DNA from: Octopus sinensis | Taxonomy: Eukaryota | Assembly: GCF_006345805.1 (NCBI RefSeq) | Contig: NC_043000.1 | Coordinates: forward strand, 125,860,001 to 125,924,000 | DNA length: 64,000 nt | Direction of reading: 5' to 3' | Shown here: piece by piece, positions 13,072-25,652 of the stretch | Position numbering within the stretch: position 1 is the first letter of the stretch | Layout of the letters: every line of letters begins with the position of its first letter | The notes under the pieces: model-generated | What the model saw: only the letters and a program-made list of their open reading frames with translations | Database searches by the model: none | Told to the model about the DNA's origin: nothing | Made by a program: the position numbers and the translations under genes

Positions 13072-13375
13072 GTGGAGGCACATGGCCTAGTGGTTAGAAC
13101 AGCGGACTCGTGGTCGAGAGATTGTGGGTTCAAATCTCAGACCGGGCGATGTGTGTTTTTAGAAAACCATGCCTAAGCTCCATGCAGCTCCAGCAGTAGG
13201 TAATGGCAAAATTCTGCTGACTCTTTCGCCATAACTTTCTCTCGCTCTTTCCTCCTGCATCTTGCAGCTCACTTGCGACGGGCTGGCATCCCGTCCAGGT
13301 AGGGAACCTACACACCAAGGAAACCAGGAAACTGGCCCTTATGAGCCAGGCATGGCTCGAGAAGGAACAAACATT
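13072..13375 (+). mobile_element. tRNA-derived SINE family E
   Basis: A-box TGGCCTAGTGG, B-box GGTTCAAATC, and a central ctggcatcccgtccag motif reminiscent of V/Meta-type SINE cores (inference). Confidence 0.75.
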
Positions 13376-13544
13376 TATCTATCTATCTATCTATCTATAT
13401 ATCTATTTGTCTATCTATCTGCTTATATAATTATAATGTTTGGACTAATAGGTAATGGCCTAAAGTGTTGAGTAAAACACTGGAACAGTTTAGGCTACCT
13501 GTTGTCATCCAATAGATCTTCAGGAACTCTGCAGTGTCTATTAG

Positions 13545-13982
13545 GTTATTATATTAATTAAGTAACAAGATGGATTTGATATTAAAATTTATTCTGTACC
13601 ACATTTGTTTCAACCTGTCTTGCTATTGTCCTTTATGTGTTGGACTCTGTTCAACATGTTGTGTTGCATTTGGGTTTCATGATGTACATCCATAAAGTTG
13701 TGTTTCACTAAAGATCTTGAGACATAATGTTATGGATGTACCTGATGAGACCCAGACTATTTTGCAGTCTGGGTCTCATCAGGTACATCCATAACATTAT
13801 GTCTCAAGATCTTTAGTGAAACACAACTTTATGGATGTACATCATGAAACCCAAATGCAACACAAACATGTTGAACAGGGTCCAACACATAAAGGACAAT
13901 AACAGGATGGGTTGAAGCAAACATTTTACAGAATAAAGTTTAACACCAAATCCTTCTTCTTGTTACTTAATATAATTATCTA
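13545..13982. repeat. Long palindrome with nested internal inverted repeats
   Basis: Perfect 100-bp arms (13659-13758 / 13766-13865) around a 7-nt loop. The outer arms are progressively diverged. Confidence 0.92.
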
Positions 13983-13989
13983 TTTTGGA

Positions 13990-14120
13990 CCTCACGGAGG
14001 CAAAGTGGCTGAGTTCCTTTCGAGTGCTGTGCCTCACAGAGGCAAAGTGGCTGAGTTCTTTTCAAGCATTGGGCCTCACTGAGGCAAAGTGGCTGAGTTT
14101 CTTTTGAGCATTGGGCCTCA
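13990..14120 (+). repeat. 42-bp minisatellite x3 (5' part of a family C repeat)
   Basis: cctcacNgaggcaaagtggctgagtt... with a 42-bp period. Confidence 0.85.
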
Positions 14121-14379
14121 TCAAGCCAAACAAAATCACAGTTGTGTCAGATACTGGTGTCATGCAAATGGCATCCATGCCAGTGGCATGTAAAAGCACT
14201 CATTACACTCTTGGGGTGGTTGGCATTAGAAAGAGCATCCAGCCATAGAAAACCATGCCTAATCAGACTGGAGTCTGGTGCTTCCCTTCAGCTTACCATT
14301 CCCCCCATCATACCATCCAACCCATGCCAGCATGGACAACAGATGTTAAATGATGATGATGATATTTATATATAAAGGA

Positions 14380-14705
14380 CCCCCTTCGGTCATGAATGAC
14401 CATAGGATTGCACCTAGAGTGTTACTATCTGAGGTATAAGTCCAGGCAAGGTTGTTTATGGAAGACCATCAGTTGCTCATGTATATCTGCCTCCCCTTTC
14501 CATGCCACTGATGTTATCCAGAGGAAAGGCTGATAGAGTTTGGTACCAGTGTCATCACAACTTCTTTCTACAGCTGAGTGAACTGGAGCAATGTGAAATA
14601 AAGTGTCTTGCTCGAGACCACAACACAGTCTGATCCAGGAATCGAACTCACTACCTCATGATTGTGTGAGCCCAACACTTTTACCACTGAGCCATGCACC
14701 TTCAC
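14380..14705 (-). mobile_element. tRNA-derived SINE family D
   Basis: Minus strand head gtgaaggtgcaTGGCTCAGTGG...GAGTTCGATTCC. Homologues lie at 42228-42552, 35405-35545 and 38590-38910. Confidence 0.75.
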
Positions 14706-15399
14706 CTACACACACACACCTGCTTTGTATTAACTGTTGGTAAAAAGGGGACTCAATACCAAGGTAGGGATTAATGATATTTTATTTTGTTCAAGTCAGC
14801 CTCTTGGTATTCTATGTGAAAATTCAGACTAACAAGAGACTGATTCAGCCAAAATATATATCTCAATAATAGAATAAGAGTTGCAAAGCAAACCCTCCTG
14901 AAAAATTTATTGTATGTCATGTGTAAGCATAGAATTCTTGCATTCATAGAAATTATTATGAATGTTTAAAATTTTCTGAAAAAAATTCAACTTGGCAGAA
15001 GATTTAGTGAATGAATATGTTCCATAACCTAATATCTGTTTACATTCAAAATGTTGTGTATGAAAATTCCATCGATGCAATATAACATCCTGTATAATTT
15101 TGATCATATTTGTATATATAAAATGCAACGTGTGTGTGTGTGTGTGCTATAATGCTTAATAATGCAATGCATAGCTACAGCTATGCATGTTTAGGAAATT
15201 ACTGAAAAATAATACATTGACTCTGTCAAAAATGCCACTGTATATTTTTAAACTAATGTTGGTTATGGCTATTATATTATGCAATCTTGACCTGTGTGAC
15301 TGTAGTTTTGTGTGTGTGTATGTGTGTGGATAGAACCATAAAAGCTTTGATATGCTTAGAAAGGTTGGAAGAAAGAGTGCAACAAAAGGAAAAAATGTA

Positions 15400-15960
15400 T
15401 TAAAATGCAAGAAGAGTAGCTAGATTCAAGATGTACTTAGCATGGGAGAGGTTTGCATATGCTGTGAGATGTTCTAGATTGCTTGGCAGTGGAGGAGAGA
15501 GAATAGAGATGTTGTCAGGGAGAAGTGTGTAATGAAATGATAATGGCACTCTTGTGCTTACTGATGCTGAAAAAGGAAAGGTTTGGAGATGCCACTATGA
15601 GAGGCTGTTAAATATGGAGAATGCATATGAGTGAGAGTCTGCTCCCAGGTAGACTCAAAAGAGGAACCAACAATCCAAGTTGACAGCATTATGGTAGATG
15701 AAGTGATTAAGGATACAATGGCTTGAATAGCAGTTTGTCTGTCAATTACTGATTTGATTAAAATATCTGACAGAGTAGGGTTTGTCTTAGTTATTCAAAT
15801 AGCCAATTGGGTATTACATGAAAGTATCATACCTGATGATTGCATAGAAGCATCATCATACAAGAGATGTATTATTGGAGTGGAAATTGCAGAGATAGGA
15901 AACTGTTGGATCAGGTTATGAAACTTTTAGAGAAAGAGCTATTACACAATCTCCTAATAT
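15400..15960 (+). mobile_element. Degenerate RTE-clade LINE fragment
   Basis: Remnants such as HYERLLNMENA and QVDSIMVDEVIKD are related to the 19390-20120 fragment. Confidence 0.45.
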
Positions 15961-15984
15961 AAAAATTGACATAGTGTTTTTATA

Positions 15985-16087
15985 TGTTTGTTTGTTTGTT
16001 TGTTTGTTTGTTTGTTTGTTTGTTTGTTTGTTTGTTTGTTTGTTTGTATGTATGTATGTATGTATGTATGTATGTATGTATGTATGT
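15985..16087 (+). repeat. Compound microsatellite (TTTG)n(TATG)n
   Basis: Read directly from the sequence. Confidence 0.95.
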
Positions 16088-18018
16088 ATGTATGTATGTA
16101 TGTATGTGTCTAGAATCATGCCAGACACGGAGGAGGAGAGACAATAGTAAAGGAGAAGAATAGTGAAGGAGAAGTAGTGAGAGTAATAGCCCTGGCTGAG
16201 AGGGATTGAGAGAAAGTAATAGCAATGATAGAAAGGAAGGGGTGAAAAAAATCAGCGTTTCAACTCTATGAGTATATGTGTGTATGTGTGTGCATGTACA
16301 AGGGAAGTATGTGAATATTTATGTGCGTGATTATTATGTATCTTATTTATGTATGAAATACTACAATTAACCGTCATTATTGATGGCACATGCTCAGCTT
16401 GTCTATTAGAAACCTCTATTGGATGAAATGCAATTCAGCTTTGTGCCAGGATCTCTAAGGTCATATTCTGTGTAACAACTGCTTGGAGTAAAACCCTTCT
16501 CTGAAATTCCTAGAAGGCTCCCTGGAGGTAGTTGATAGATTCCATTAGTTAGGTACCCTAAGTAGCAGTTTGGGTGAGTATTCTGAAAGCATAGTTAGCA
16601 GAGTAACAACATATTGGTAAAAGCTACAACCTTTGCTGGCAACAAAAACTTTTCCTTTTCAGTAAATAGCAGATTGTATGATGCTTGTATGTGAAATGTG
16701 ATACTGCATGGTAGCAAGGAGCGGGTATAACTCCACATTAGAATCAACTCAGACCGTATTAACTTGTTCAAATTATGCCAGCATAGAAAGCAGATGTAAA
16801 ATTGTGATGAACAGGACTGAGTGTATTTATGTGCGCAGACACACATACAGCATTGTGTTGAATGAATGAGGAAGGGTGTTGCATAAATGATGTATAGCAC
16901 ATGGTTTGTTAAAACTGAATGTTTATCGCGAAATTTGAGTTTCATACCACTGCAATCTTCAGGCAAGAATTATCACAACTTGGTTTAGTGGTATATCTAT
17001 AGTCATTTGTGTAGGTGTGGTCCCTTGTTTGTGCTTATCATTGGCTTGCTTTTTGCATTTGTTGATTGGCTGATATTTTTCTGCCTCATCAGTAACTATG
17101 TTTGTGGTACATTATTCATTTTCCTTGTTTGCTGGTGAGAGTAGTGTTATTAATAGATTTTTTGGTTGTTTTTCATTGCTTTTCTTTTTTCTATTTTTGA
17201 TCAAGTTTGTTTTTACATGTATCATATTGGTATTGTAAATATTGACGACATGATAGGGGGATTTTCTTGGGGAGAAGTTCATTTTAGTAAAAGTTAAAGA
17301 GATCTAATAACTTGTTTGTGGGTATTTGTCCAAGGGTGTAGTAGAAGGCTCATTCCCAAAGTAACACACAGTGGAACTGAATCCAGAACCATGTGGCTGG
17401 GAAGCAAACTACTTACTACACAGCCACACCTGCACCTATACACACACACACACACATTGTTCCTCTTAATCCACCCTGAAGTTGGCTGTATACAATCTCT
17501 GGTTGGAAACTGACTGATGTGAATGGCCAACCAGAAGTGCTAATCAAACAAAACCCCATATGAGACCCGTATATGACTCCCATAAATTAACATGTATTAG
17601 TATCAACACTCTTCCTACGTAAAAGTTCTATTGAACACTTTTTTCATGTTTTCATACATACATATTTAATGTGCGTGTATGTTTGGGTATATTTAATGTG
17701 TGTATATATAATTTCAGTTTTTTATTCATTTTCTTTTGTCCATTATTAAGAATGGGCAAATGTGAGTGATTTGATATTCAGATAAGCATCTAATTGAATA
17801 TACCAACTATTGTCATGTATATTTTGCATAATATAAAAGTGGTTTATTCACATTCTTTCGCTTACTTTGTGTGTGTGTGTGTGTGTGTTAAATGCAAGAA
17901 TTGCTAAATTATACAAAGAGGGTCTCTGAAATAAACTTATATTCTTATTTTCTATGCTTTATATTTCACCGAAAGTCATAATGTTTGCTGCATTGTAATT
18001 TTTGAGATTACTACTCTC

Positions 18019-18057
<39 letters not shown>

Positions 18058-18830
18058 TGTACAAGTGAGACTGTAGTTCTATGAAGTTTCTTTGCAAGTG
18101 TATGTGTGCACCAGGTTGAAAGTAACTGTGCAATAGCTGCAGTTCTTGTCTTCTACCATACCCTTCAAAAGAACAACGTACTATCACTGGAATTTAGTCA
18201 TTAGACACTACGTAGAAGGCTGTGCTCTGTGTTTGTGTGTGTGTGTGTTATACATATTTTGCAGACAATTTGCACTACTGGACTTTCTCCCCTCCATCAG
18301 CTAGCAATTGGATGGATACACACACACACATACTTATGTGTGTGATGTTGGCAGTCTCAATCCCTCTAATAGGGCTGATCAGCATTAATGCTGTCAAGGA
18401 ATGCCTGGCTTATTTTGCCCCACACTCTATCATTGATGCAGTCACTGCAGTGAGCTGGGATCTAGCTGTAACAGCTCCAAAATATGCTGGTTTTCCATGG
18501 TTTACAGTTCCATAATAATTGTGTTTATCTTCTTGGCATTATTGCCATTTTCTTGTCTTTGCACAGCATACTCGGATACTCATGCCTTAGTTATACTACC
18601 AACCATTCTCTGCCAAAAATGGCTTACCTATTGCCAAAACACACTTCAATAATACACAGCCATCATATCAGTGACAATCAGCAATGTTACTCCACCCCTC
18701 TGATATTAGCCAAAGATAGACTAGAGCAGGGGTTCTCAACTGGGGTCTATGTGGCCCTTGGAGGTCTTATTAAATCTGCTATGAATTGCTTATACTTCTC
18801 CAGTAGACAAAATATCTCTTTTTTTTTTGT

Positions 18831-19232
18831 TTTTACTTGTTTCAGTCATTTGACTGTGGCCATGCTAGAGCACCGCCTTTAGTTGAACAAATCGACCCCA
18901 GAACTTATTCTTTGGAAGCCTAGTACTTATTCTATCGGTCTCTTTTGCCGAACCACTAAGTTACGGGGATGTAAACACACTAGCATCGGTTGTCAAGCTA
19001 TGTTGGGGGACAAACACAGACAAACAAACATATACACACATATATATATACATATATACGTAGATATGACGGGCTTCTTTCAGTTTCCATCTACCAAATC
19101 CACTCACAAGGCTTTGGTCAGCTCGAGGCTATAGTAGAATGCACATGCCTAAGGTGCCACACAGTGGGACTGAACCCGGAACCATGTGATTTGTAAACAA
19201 GCTACTTAGCACACAGCCACTCCTATGCCTAT
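18831..19232 (-). mobile_element. SINE family A, inserted in a hAT-like MITE remnant (left end caggggttctcaac at 18727)
   Basis: Full-length reverse copy. Confidence 0.8.
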
Positions 19233-19389
19233 CTAAATTTTTTTTATATACTTCCTAATAATATTTAATTAGAAAAATACAGTAGGATTTTTTTTTACAC
19301 ATCAAATGGCTTTGGGGGTCCAGTAGAGTAATACAGGAATCAAAGGGTCCATAGGCGAGAAATGGTATGGAGTATGGAACCCTTTCATA

Positions 19390-19558
19390 GACCATTTCCA
19401 AATTGATGACCGCTAGGTGTAGTGACTTTCTTTTAGCTAAGTATTTCTCCTGTAGTTGTCTCCCTCTAAAGAAGGCATTATTAGCTTCTCTTCCTAATCA
19501 AATGGCCTATAACTCTTTCATAACATGATCTGATCCATCAATTTGATGCTTCCGTAGT

Positions 19559-19592
<34 letters not shown>

Positions 19593-20120
19593 GAATCTCC
19601 TTTGCCCTTAATGCAATTGACATCATGATGCCACTATGCTTGTCATCGAATATGAAATTTCCTTTTAGTACCTGATTGACAGTTCAAAGTAACTATTACA
19701 CGACCTACCTCACCAGATATTCTCAACATCTCAACAACTTTACCCAATATTTCAGCTGCCTCTTCTACCTTCGTATTCTTAATTACACTCATGTTCATAA
19801 CACTGCCAACTTCTGTGACTGGTCCTTCTGTTAGGTTCACTTGATCCACACACACACACACACTCTCTCTCTCTCTCTCTCTCTCTCTCATGTATTCTCC
19901 TCATTCACCAATCTCTCCTAATAGCTCTTTTTCTCTTTAATGTCAGTAAGCACATATGCTGCCTTCATTCCCTACTACCCAACAACATCTCAATTGCCTT
20001 TGCTTCACTACCTTGCAGTTCTAAAGAACTACATTTCATTTATTATCATCATTTTTCCATTATTGCTTATATTGGATGAGTCTTCTATATAGCCTCACAT
20101 CTTCACTAGGTTCATGTGTT
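19390..20120 (-). mobile_element. Degenerate RTE-clade LINE RT fragment
   Basis: Remnant peptides GKVVEMLRISGEVG, YGSIKLMDQ and RQLQEKYLAKRKSLHLAVINLE resemble RTE RT motifs. Confidence 0.6.
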
Positions 20121-20344
20121 TGTGTTCGTGTGTGTGTGAGTCTGTCTGTGCATAACTGAAAGCTTTGGGTTACTTGTCCCCAAAGAAATTGTCATATTTT
20201 GTCAAAGAATCGGAGAGGTAGAACCATGAGTTCAGAAATCTGTAGTGTCAACTTCAATTCACATAATATTCCACCAATTGTATCAAATACTTGTTTTTAC
20301 CTTCTTCATTACTCCATCCTCTCTTTCTCACACATACACACACA

Positions 20345-20731
20345 CTTAACTCTGTGCACCTTTTCAACCTCCACTTGTCTAATACCCATGGACATGTTTA
20401 CAAAGTCAGAAAACAGCACAGATCCCATGACATTCGGAAACATTTTTTCGCGATAAGAGTTGCGGAAGTATGGAACAAACTGCCAGCATCAGTTGTTAGT
20501 TGTCGGAGCATTGCATCCTTCAAAACTTCCATTCTTCCTGAGATTCACCAACACTACACCTGATTTTCTCCCCTCCATAAACACGCAAGCATGAATCTGA
20601 TGCATACACTGTTCACTTCCCAGACATTTGTACATTAAGGCACATGCTTTATACGCACTTTTGACAAGTTGTGGTGCACCTGAGCACTGTATACAATAAT
20701 TTCATTATTATTATCATTATTATTATTATTA
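20345..20731 (+). mobile_element. 5'-truncated CR1 LINE 3' fragment
   Basis: Encodes the ORF2 C-terminus (HGHVYKVRKQH...RVAEVWNKLP), followed by the GTGC-acctga-GCAC hairpin and an (ATT)n tail. Confidence 0.88.
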
Positions 20732-23084
20732 TGACTGGCTTTCAAACCGTTTTCATCTACTATATTCCACTCACAAAGTATTAGATAAGCTGAGCCTACC
20801 ATAAAAGACACTTGCCCATGTTGCCATGCAGTGGGATCAACCCCAGAGCCAAATGGTTGTGAAGTGAACATCTTAACCACATAACCATTCCTGAGAGATC
20901 TGTCTCATTCTATGATCCCAATTCTAATTTGATGTTAGGAACAGATATTAGACCTGGGTTTCTTGTTTAACTCCAGGCTTGTCCTGGTTAAGCAGACTTG
21001 CAGCCATAGATGCTCCTGTTGTATGTGTGTCATTTATTGAACTTCTTTGTCATTACTCTATTTTTAAGATTATAGGGTGTGATTTAGGGGAATTTGGCTG
21101 TTGTTTCTAGTAAACTGAGTGGCAAATTAAAGGCTCCTTTTGCTGGTTTGTCTAGGATTGATGTCTGCAAAATTTTTCATTATTCATTATTGTTTGTAGT
21201 CATTAGTCATTATGAGCACCTCAGCACACTTCTTGTCTTGCATTATAACCAATTCCTCAACGAATCTTGTTACTTGACTTCTAAATCAAGACAAAGTACA
21301 TTATATTTCATTAAGGAATAGCTTTAAAATTTTATCAATAAATATTTTTAAGATTGATTGCTATGGAAGTTTGGATACAACTTAAAACATACAAAAATTT
21401 GTTGTGAATAAATTCAGAAAAATATCAAAATAGGAAAGCCTAAGATTATTGGTTGTTTATTTGGTTGTTGTATAAAAAGAAATTTCTAGGAACTAAAATC
21501 ATTATTGATCTGTATGCTAAATTAATTTGATTGATAATGATCTTCTGCGATGGTTATAGCATTCTGAAATTCTGCCACTCAAAATTTCTCTTCTCCACTA
21601 CAACTAATGTATTGTAAGTGTTGTAGTGTTTGTTGTTGAAATTTTGTTCAATTTTAATGAGAGGAAATTTAATTCCTGTGCATATCTTAAGGTTTCTTTT
21701 GAATTTAATTATTGTGAAAATCTACATTTCCTTTCATTTCTCTTTTTATGAAGGAAAAAAAAAAATAAACAAGAATTTAGCATATCAATAATGTTGAGAA
21801 ATTCTATGCATAAAATATTTTTCTCTGAAGACCTATTAAAGACCATAACTTTTTCTCATATATATATATATATGCGCACGTACACACAAACATGCATGTA
21901 TTTTATTCCACCACCACCGCCAGATCTGCAGAGTTAAGTAGTGTATCGAAGTTGTGGCGTTCATAAAAGACTAAACTGCATTAATAATGTTGGTTAGCAC
22001 AACTTGGAATCTTTCTGCCATTCATACACACGAATGCAAAATATGCAAATATAAATATAAAATATGCAAATATAAATGCAAAATATACAAAATATAAATA
22101 CAACCATTTAGCTGCACTATATGCTACTCTCAAAAGCAATGCATTTTTCTCTCCTGTATAATTGCTGCCATACTTGTTCACCGTTTTCCTTGTTAAAACT
22201 CTAAATTCTTATCGGTTTAAGAATTCGTTTCCGCACTGCGTTACCCTTGCATATCGTGTTTTATAAAATAATAGAAAATGGTTTTCTAAAATAGTTAAGC
22301 TGATGGGAGATAACTCTATGTATTTTTGGAAGAGTTATCTTCCTTCTATTGATGAACCCCTTTGGCGATTTTATGATCGTTTTCTTTGCTTTGTATGTTT
22401 GTTCAAGTTCTGGCATTAGAAGGAAGTGAACAAGAATGTAGTTAATAGTGTTCCCATAAGCTAGTCTCGGTGAAATATAGTAACTGTGACACAAATTATA
22501 GATTTTACGTTTTTCGGTTGTAGCGTACGGTACAAGTAGTTAAAATACGTTGAACGTAGAAATGAAACAGCATCATGAGATGGACGGGCAGTTAAGGTGA
22601 AAAAAAAAAAACCAGGATGGCGATAGTTATATTTTATTATTATAATATTTTCCTTATTAATAAGTTGAAAACGCCAACCCAGAAAATAAAATACAGGCAA
22701 GTGAAAAAACCGAACGGCCACCATATATGTCAGATCATAATAAACACCATACAATCAATGCAAGCTGTAGCCATAATTCTACCAGGACAGACAATAAAAG
22801 CTTCAGACAAGCCCTTAAGTGAGCCTCTCCATGGTCACACTGGCTGCTAGAAATAGTAGCTAAATTGCTGGCAAATTGCCCTCTACTGTGAAAGTCACAT
22901 TAAATAATGCAGTCTTGGACACAATGTTTAAAAGTAGATGGAGTGATTATGATTAGACATCTTTTGATCATAGGCCTGTTTGATGAGAGCTGACCTGTGG
23001 TTATAAGCAGCAATAGCAACGTTGCTTCAGACTCAAAAACTTAGGCCCAAAACAATCCTTTTTCGTCCATGACTCTTTAACAGC

Positions 23085-23447
23085 AATAACTCTGAGCACC
23101 TTTTCAAACTCCACCTGTCTAACACCCATGGACATGTTTACAAAGTCAGAAAACAGCACAGATCCCATGACTTTCAGAAACATTTTTTCACGCTAAGAGT
23201 TGCTGAAGCATGGAACAAACTGCCGGCATCAGTTGTTAGTTGTCGGAGCACTGCATCCTTCAAAACTTCCATTCTTCCTGAGATTCGCCAACACTACACC
23301 TGATTTTCTTCCCTCCATACACACGGAAGGCTGTATCTTACTCATACACTGTTCACTTCTCAGACATTTGCACATTACGGCATATGCTTTATATGCACAT
23401 TTGACAAGTTGTGGTGCACCTGAGCACTGTATACAATAATTTCATTA
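23085..23447 (+). mobile_element. 5'-truncated CR1 LINE 3' fragment
   Basis: Same ORF2 C-terminus, 3'UTR and hairpin as 20345-20731. Confidence 0.88.
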
Positions 23448-24545
23448 TACTATATATATATTATACATATAACAACTTACTAAATAAATATTATGCCTCT
23501 CAGATGGAGATACGTATATTTAAGCCACATGGAATATAGGTCCTTCATACAGACCCATGTCATCATTGCCAAAACATTTGATAAAACTCATACAATACTT
23601 CCTTTCCTCATGAACAACATCCCTAACACACCACATCAACACTGATTCAAAAACAGACAAACCACCTTAATCATGCTACATAACATTTAACATCACTGAA
23701 GGTGTCAATGAAAAGAAACTTTTATTTTCACACAGTATCTCTCAGCTTGACCAAGATATTTGACATTATCGACATAAACATATGCTTGTCAGCCAAAACC
23801 ATATGGACAACCAATTTGCCCAACACAATCACCAAATACATCAGAAACTACATCAGAGATTGCAAGACATCCACAATTTGAAGAGGGTTTCTAAAACACT
23901 ATACAAAGCACAAGTCTTACACAAAGAGAACCCACTTAAATTCATATGTCAAACATATGAATTCAAGAGGATGAAGATAACATCATAGTCTCTACCTTTC
24001 ACAAGAACCTTCATACAAAACAATATAAAAGATTCAGTGTCACCTAAGATGTTATATAACTGGATGCTTGAAGACAACCTCACATTGAACAAAGATAAAA
24101 CAGCTTCAAACCATTTCACAGCAGATCTTGTTAAATATTTGTGATTAAATATTTGTGATTGTTGATTGAATCTGATGCTGAATATTCTCCTCCATTTATG
24201 GATTGTTTTAATGGTTGTGCATCCTAGTCATTGATGTACAGCTTCAGTCATGGATATGGAAATGTTTGGCTTGGATAGGCCTGTTATTATTCAGCATGGA
24301 TTTCAAACAAATGCATTGCTCTGAATTCTGTTCTTAACATGATTCAGGTTCAAGTTTAGGAAATTTCCTTGGTCTTTTGTCATAGAAAGATTCATTATAT
24401 AATTCAATGTTTGGCATAGAGTCTTTAATTCATAACAAATCACAATTCTTTGGGTAACCTAGTACAAGCCATTTACTTATTTAAATGCAAAAAGAATTCC
24501 AACGTTCACTTCACAATTATTTTGAAGCTGGCAATATAATAGAAT

Positions 24546-24629
<84 letters not shown>

Positions 24630-25251
24630 CTCCTTCTCTCTCCCCCCCTCTCAGTGCTTCTGGGTAACTCTCCTTCCATTAGTGTGGCTCCAAAAGTGAG
24701 TGGTGTATTACTGGTGTCTCAAACTCTTAAAGGGTGATTGTTACACCTCTTCAAAGTATTCTTCACCTGGTCTTTGAATTTTGTGATTTTCACTTTTCCT
24801 GAGGGTGGGGAAGACCTCCCACCAGGCATCGGTCATGGAGTAACAGGGTGTTTGAACATCCTACAATAAAAACATGAGGCAAACATAGTCACCACATGTC
24901 TGAGTAATCTCAGTTGATGCCTCTAAAGTTGTTAGTTGTGAATTCATTGCTACTGGTGAATCTATGAGATTTCACACATGAAAATCCAGTCGGATTTCTA
25001 TGTCTGTTATCCTACCTCTCTAGGTTCCTGAAACTTGAAAGGATCTTCCAAAGACAATGAATGTTAAAGGACTCCAGCATCTTTGTTAGCTGTGTATGGA
25101 TGCTATATTTTTACATGCATACTGGAGAACAGAAACAAAGTGCAGAGTTGATGACAACTTTGGTATGGAGGCACTGATGTGGTTATTTAGAAAAACTGTC
25201 TTTTGAGCCTTGATCGTTTAGAATCTCCTCATTTAGTGTAAAATTGTTGAA

Positions 25252-25652
25252 TAATAATAATAATAATAAAATTATTGTATACAGTGCTCAGGTGCACCAC
25301 AACTTGTCAAAAGTACATATAAAGCATATGCAGTAATGTACAAATGTCTGGAAAGTGAACAGTGTATGAGTCAGATACATGCTTGCGGGTGTCTGGAGGG
25401 GAGAAAATCAGGTGTAGTGTTGGCGAATCTCAGGAAGCATGGAAGTTTTGAAGGATGCAGTGCTCCGACAACTAAGAACTGATGCTGGCAGTTTGTTCCA
25501 TGCTTCAGTAACTCTTAGCGTGAAAAAATGTTTCCGAAAGTCATGGGAGCTGTGCTGTTTTCTGACTTCTTAAACATGTCCACAGGTATTAGACTGGTGG
25601 AATTTGAAAAGGTGCTCAGAGTTATTGTTAGTAAGATGGTTGATAATTTATT
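25252..25652 (-). mobile_element. 5'-truncated CR1 LINE 3' fragment
   Basis: Reverse complement of the same 3' end with an (AAT)n tail at about 25252. The 5' junction forms a short palindrome. Confidence 0.87.

Noticed and set aside
13990-14120. Three 42-bp repeats resembling a CRISPR array
   Set aside because: These are contiguous tandem units without unique spacers, in a eukaryotic context with no cas genes. They are part of a family C repeat.
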